A model generated the notes under the pieces. That model ran no database searches. It worked only from the letters and a program-made list of their open reading frames with translations, and was not told the DNA's origin. 64,000 nucleotides of DNA from NCBI RefSeq assembly GCF_001194135.2, contig NC_069006.1, positions 24,820,134 through 24,884,133 of the forward strand, in the 5' to 3' direction. Positions 57,671-64,000 of the stretch are shown here, piece by piece; within the stretch, counting starts at the first letter, position 1; every line of letters begins with the position of its first letter. This DNA is from Octopus bimaculoides (lineage: Eukaryota). The position numbers and the translations under genes were made by a program.

Positions 57671-57854
57671 ATGGCACTTTGTAAGGAAAATTTTGGGTGT
57701 TCTTCCATCGAGAGGGAATACCACCCTACAGGAAAACCTAAACTTCAAGTTAGAACTGCCAACCGGGGAACAAATTCTATTAGACAATTTTTCCGTGTGA
57801 GTTTTTGGTGATTTTAAATTTATTGTTGGATTAGCCAACTGAGATACATACCTC

Positions 57855-57904
<50 letters not shown>

Positions 57905-60900
57905 CATCCATCTATCTATCTCTATAGGCGTAGGAGTGGCTGTGTGGTAAGTAGCTTGCTTACGAACCGCATGGTTCCGGGTTCAGTCCCACTGTGTTGG
58001 CACCTTGGGCAAATGCCTTCTACTATAGCCTCGGGCCGATCAAAACCTTGTGAGTGGATTTGGTAGACGGAAACTGAAAGAAGCCCGTCGTATGTATATA
58101 TATATATATATATATGTATTCGTGTGTATATGTTTGTCCCCAACATCGCTTGACAACCGAGGCTGGTGTGTTTACGTCCCCGTAACTAAGCAGTTTAGCA
58201 AAAGCGATCGATAGAATAAGTACTAGGCTTACAATGAATAAGTCCTGGGCTCGATTTGCTCGACTAAAGGGGGTGCTCCAGCATGGCCACAATCAAATGA
58301 CTGAAACAAGTAAAAGTGTATATGTATATACATATATACATACCACACAGCCACTCCGTTATTTAAAACATAGGGAAAAAATGATTTTCGAAAAAGTTCA
58401 AAATTTTAAGTGGGTAGGAGCAGGGGTTAGGGTTAGGTGGTTTAGTTGGGGTTAATTTTTTTTTTTTTTTTTTGCATATTCGTAATCTCCGACATCTCAA
58501 ACGTAGGAATCCGAAAACATTTTCCCAAACAAATGTATTTTTCAAGGAGAGGTGCAAAACTGCATTACCCCCTCCCCCTATCTTCAACACCTCTTAATAT
58601 TTTTACACAATCGATCGAACGCAAAAACCTTCTACGTGCTAGAAATAACAGCCAAATTTCTCTTAGATCGTACCTTATCGTATAGTAGAAAAAGGAAAGG
58701 AGGCATTAGATNNNNNNNNNNNNNNNNNNNNNNNNNNNNNNNNNNNNNNNNNNNNNNNNNNNNNNNNNNNNNNNNNNNNNNNNNNNNNNNNNNNNNNNNN
58801 NNNNNNNNNNNNNNNNNNNNNNNNNNNNNNNNNNNNNNNNNTGAACCATTACATGTATTTACTATTGGTGTAATGACCCTCCCAAGATAAACTTTATAAC
58901 ATCTCTCTTATTTCAGAATGTGTTTCTACCCCAAGGCTACCCTGAGAGTGTGAGTGAAGACTACCTAAGCTACCAGATATGGGACAGTATTCAGGTAGGT
59001 TTATAATTACTGCTAATTGTTGACATACACTCTGGATTAACCATTAATTGAAATAAGCATGTGCTTCAAGCATCAAGAGAAGGGGGGGGGGACCACAAAA
59101 ATGGTAAATGGTTTACGGCACAAAAGAAATCGCTTTAACCTTTAGTACACTTAGGTGAATTGTATCGCTGGGTCAATTTTCTCCCCTGTAACTGAAGATG
59201 CATTGTGTCACATTGAGGAGGGAGAAAACCCATACAGTGACAGGATTCGCTAGGAATGTGGCCTGAGTGTCAAGGGGACAGCAGCCTGAAAATGTTTGGG
59301 AACCACTGACCTACAGCATCATCACTGCAAACTTCACAAATGTTTTTGCAAGTCTTTGCAGCATTTTATCCTTTTTTTAAAAGAAAAGCATAATAACACA
59401 AATGTGAAATTTTTCGTTATCCCTTTCAAATGTCAATAAAGAGTAACCGGAATGAAAGACAAATCTATTTTTAGTCAGGAACAAAGAAGAGATACACTAC
59501 CACCTCAAGCAGCGTCAAAGTTTTAACCATTTTACATTTCAGGTGTGTTCAATGAAATGTTAGAAGATTTAGATTAAAAATTCTCAGAATGTTCCGGACA
59601 ACCTAATAGGTACCACAATTTGATGTAGCATGTCTTAGAAGAGAGGGTATTTTAAACTGAAACAAACTCAACCAAATGCTAAGAGTTCTTTTGATTTACC
59701 ATTCTGAATAAATGCGATTAATTCTAAAAGAGTTTTTTGTCTTAAGATTTTTACATGAAGACTTTTATTCTTTATAATTGTTTTATATTGTTTTTTCTTT
59801 TTAAACTATTTCTCCAGGCTTTTGCCAGCAGCATCACAGGAACATTGGCCACACAATCAGTTCTAAAAGGAATCGGTGTTGGCAATGAGCAGGCAACAGT
59901 CCTAGGAGCAACACTGACTTGGCTACTTAAAGGTTAGGTTTTTTATTCTAAAGCTTCTCCTTTTGAATAATTACCATTTGTTTTATTATTTTCATGTCTA
60001 ATTAATATTTTCCTCTTCTGAGGCAGCAAGCTGGATGGGCAAAATGCTTCGTGGCGTTTCATCCATCTTTACATTCTGAGCTCAAATTTCAGTGAAATCA
60101 ACTTTGCCTTTCAACTTTTTGGGGTCAACCTTTTGGGGTTGATAAAATAAGTACTATTTTGAGCACTGGGGGCAATCTAATCAACTCACCTCTGCCTTCT
60201 GATAAACACTGATAGACACATACACAATTACATGAAAACACACACACACACATGTATACACAGAAACACATACACACATTATCCCATCAGCACCTCTCAC
60301 CCAATCAGAATCTCTTCATTCAAATTTGTAATCTCACAGAAGGAATGGGGCTGTGCCTCTCAGTCAAAGACTCCCTTAATTTTAACACCCTAACCATTTC
60401 ATCAAAACAATGCCTTACCTATTTTGTCATTACTCTAATAATTATGACAAGAATTAACGAAATAAGTTAACAGTGTTTTCATTATTATCTTTGAATCTTC
60501 AGACTGCACTGGAATGTTGGGACAAATCATTTTTGCCTGGGTCCAAGGGTAAGTGGTTTAACACTTTGTACGAGAGATTTACTCTAATAAATATTTTCCG
60601 GCACATAAGGGACATGTCTTCTCCTAAAAGGTTTCCCCAAAAGTTCCCTTGTGCCTTATATACTGAAGGTCAGTCTTTGGGTAGACATGGTTAGTGATAT
60701 TATTACTGGTGACTGTGGAGGTCAGTGGTGGTATTTGGTAAGTATTGTAACTTAGCCCACCAAAGGGCATCAGTCCAAATTTTCATGGTTCCTATACATG
60801 AAAATGTGTGAGACATTCAGCTTGGGGATCCCAGGTTAGCTGCAGTTTTTTTCCTTGCAGATTAGGTCTGCTCGAAAATACAGTAAATATTTATATAAGC

Positions 60901-63250
60901 AGTAAAAAGGATCAGTAAAGGTGATGGAGATTAGAAGAAGCGGGAAGGGTTGTTTAGTTTTGTTGGAGACAAATTCTCTTGTGACGATGATGGTGACTGC
61001 CTCATCTTGTCACATGATGGTCATCTCACATGGAATTCCGAAATATTATTATTATATCAGACTATGAATAATTAAACTATAACAGTTATTATAGTCCACT
61101 CTGCATTGTTGTGCCATTTAAGACATGTTATATTTTCTGGATTTTTCCCTCGTTTAATTAATGAACCATTTCTAATGACTTTATTTTGTCTTTGTAGCAC
61201 CAACCTTGATTGCAATGCCAAGAGATACAGGTGAGCTCTTGCACAGTTTATTTCTTAATTAGCTTTAACCATTCTGTGTGGGAACCAGCATATCAAAGAA
61301 TTAGACCCAACACTTCCTCTGTATGTCACAAAAGGTGACTAAAAGAGGTTGAGGTAGGATTTGCACCCCAACCTCATAAAACCCTCGTCAGCAATGGCTG
61401 CCCAAACACACCCATAGGTCGGAGGTTTGTTGCCTGATTGGGTGCAAAGGTGTTATCTGCTTAGAGTAGGGAATCACCAAGAAATGGTGAATGCAGTGAC
61501 ACACTGTAACAGTGCATGCTCCATACCACCATGCTACTGTGATGTGGAGGTGTAAGTTAATTTAGATGCAAACCATCTTCAATTCCAAGTTTTGATTGGA
61601 TGATACAAACACATACACTCACACACACACATGATGATAGACTTCTAGCAGTTTCTGCCTCCTAAATTCATTTCACTCACAAAGGGCTTTGGTTGGCCCT
61701 GGGCTATACTATAAGACATGTGCCCAAGATGCTACACATTGGGATTGAACCTGAAACCATGTGGTTGGGAAGCAAACTTCTTAACCACACAGCCAGCCAT
61801 TATAGAAATCAAAATCTCTCTATTATCATATTTCTTTTTTATTTCTAGATTGATGGCGGATATTCTAAATGACGTTGCTATATTCCTGGACATTTTGGCA
61901 TCCCTGATCCCAGCCCAGTTATTTATTTTTGTGGTGTGTCTATCCAGTCTGTGTCGGGTGAGTTGATATATTTCTTATGTAAGTGATATCTCTGTTGTCT
62001 GTCATCATCATCATCACTACCACAACCATCATCACCACCATCATTGCCATCATCATCATCACCACCATCATCAGCATCATTTTTAATGTCCACTTTTCTG
62101 TGCTTGCATGGGTCGGACGGAATTGTTTTATTCTTCTTTTCTTCTATGTGTTTCAGTCATTTGACTGTGGTCATGCTGGAGCACTGTCAAAGAAATTGAC
62201 CTCAGGACTTAGTCTTTGTAGGCCTGGTACTTATCTTATCAGTCTCTATTGCTGAACTGCTAGGTCACAGGGACGCAAGCCCACTCCATTGCTTTGACAA
62301 CTGATGTTGGTGTGTTTACATCCCCGTAACTTAGTGGTTTGGCAAAAGATACTGACAGAATAAATACTAGGCTTACAAAGAATAAATCCGATTTGTTTTA
62401 TTAAAAGGCAGTGCTCCAGCATGGCCGCAGCCAAATGACTGAAACAAATAAAAGAATAAAAGAATATATTTATGTTAGAAATCATTATTTGTTTTTTGTT
62501 TTTTTGTTCTTTTTTTTCTCCCCCCCAGTCAATTGTTGGTGTTGCTGGGGCCTCGACACGTGCCGCACTCTCACAACATCAGGCTCGCAGAAATAACATG
62601 GCTGATGTATCAGTAAAAGATGGCAGCCAGGTGAGTGCTGGTTTCTTTTCTTTTTTTATTTTTAAATGCACAGAGTCCTCACTGGTGCTGGTGCCACACA
62701 CACACACACAAAAAAAAGAGCCCGGTACATTCTGTAAAGTGGCTGGCACTAAGGGAGGGCATCTAGCTATAGAAACCATTCCAAAGCAGACCCTGGAATA
62801 CAGCATGGTCCTGGGACTGACCAGATCCTGTCAAACCATCCAACCCATGCCAGCAGGGAAAATGGACGTTAAATTCACTTTTACTTGTTTCAGTCATTTT
62901 GACTGTGACCATGCTGGAGCACCGCCTTTTAGTCGAAGAAATCGACCCCAGGACATTTGATTATAGGCCAGCTTAATCTAGTTTGATCTGGAGCTAAACA
63001 TCAACAATAATAAATACCCCTACAAAATCCCTCCCTCCCTCACTCCACTCCTTTCCCTCTCTTCCAGTCTGAGAGAATGGTTGTAAAAGAACAACTTTGG
63101 TCTAAACATTGCTTCTTTCTCTCTTTCTTTCTTTCCAGGAAACTCTTGTGAACGTAACAGCTCTCCTCTTCAACCTTGTCTTGACTCCATTTGTTTCAAA
63201 ATACAAACAGTAAGTTGATGGAATGCTTCTTTGATACATATTTACAATTA

Positions 63251-63305
<55 letters not shown>

Positions 63306-63536
63306 ATGTATATCTTTATTCTATTACTCTCTTACATGTTTCAGTCATTTGACTGCGGCCATGCTGGAGCACCGCCTTTAGTCGAACAAATCGACCCCAG
63401 GACTTATTCTATGTAAGCCCAGTACTTATTCTATCGATCTCTTTTTGCCGAGCCGATAGGTTATGGAGACGTAAACACACCAACATCGGTTGTCAAGTGA
63501 TGGTAGGGGGACAAACACACAGATACCCACAGACAG

Positions 63537-63573
<37 letters not shown>

Positions 63574-64000
63574 CGGATGGGCTTCTTTCAGTTTATGGCT
63601 ACCAAATCCACTCACAAGGCTTTGGTTGGCTCATGACAAGTAAAAGAGACTTGCCCAAGGTGCCACGCAGTGGGACTGAACCTAAAACTATGTAGTTGGG
63701 AAGCAAACCTTTTACCAAACAGCCATGCCTGCATTTATGCATGTGTGTATTTTTATAGAAAGTTGTTTAGAAAACGCAAAAGCACAAGAAATTAAAATAA
63801 ATAACTTCATATAACTATAAATATATATTCTACTTCCATTACAGGTTAGTTTTCTATTTGTTCACCTTCTTCACAATGTTACATTTATACGCCAACTATT
63901 CTGCTATCAAATCTGTTACCATGGAAACCATCAATCAGGCTCGTTTGTGCATCCTGGTGCAGGAGTATCTGCGATCATCCACGATTTTAAATGTGAAAGA
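57671..64000 (+). CDS. RUSF1: RUS1 family protein (RUSF1/C16orf58, DUF647), 3'-incomplete
   Basis: Exons 57671-57796 (MALCKENFG...RQFFR), 58917-58994 (NVFLPQGYPESVSEDYLSYQIWDSIQ), 59818-59932, 60503-60548, 61198-61230 (TNLDCNAKRYR), 61849-61957 (LMADILND), 62529-62630 (SIVGVAGASTRAALSQHQARRNNMADVSVKDGSQ), 63139-63209 (ETLVN), 63845 to window end (LHLYANYSAIKSVTMETINQAR). All GT-AG and all phases consistent. The motifs are hallmark RUS1/DUF647. Confidence 0.95.
57927..58316 (+). mobile_element. tRNA-derived SINE (family B; copies at about 6200-6410, 6955-7225, 29460-29670, 30840-31215, 36310-36670, 39140-39640 (-), 40110-40290 (-), 62140-62460, 63330-63725 (-))
   Basis: gtggctgtgtggtaag...gggttcagtcccactg..ggcaccttgggcaa head, internal (ta)n, and 3' ggtgctccagcatggcc.cagtcaaatgactgaaacaagtaaaag tail, repeated throughout the window. 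Confidence 0.8.

Overview
AT-rich eukaryotic genomic DNA with many N gaps, dense microsatellites and tRNA-derived SINEs. The repeat families look like Octopus (coleoid cephalopod); this is inference from recognised repeat sequences. Four multi-exon or large genes were reconstructed by hand from splice signals and reading phase: (1) a BICD-like cargo adaptor (BICDL1/CCDC64 family, + strand, 11 visible coding exons, 7289-41480, N-terminal CC1-box exon not visible); (2) ALKBH2 (- strand, 42880 to at least 48365, two exons cut by gaps); (3) an 886-aa single-coding-exon Ser-rich protein with a C-terminal Tantalus/PRR14-type motif (- strand, 52637-55297); (4) RUSF1/C16orf58 (RUS1 family, + strand, from 57671, running off the window), head-to-head with gene 3. 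A large unexplained exon at 4858-5580 encodes a ZAD/zf-AD-like C4 zinc domain and is phase-compatible with the first visible BICDL exon. Introns carry mariner/Tc1 relics, RTE LINE 3' ends, hAT-, piggyBac- and Merlin-like MITEs, a decayed SWIM-finger element, a perfect 66-bp palindrome and a CpG-rich palindromic satellite. No rRNA, tRNA gene or CRISPR array was found. Most short ORFs in the supplied track are microsatellite or gap artefacts.
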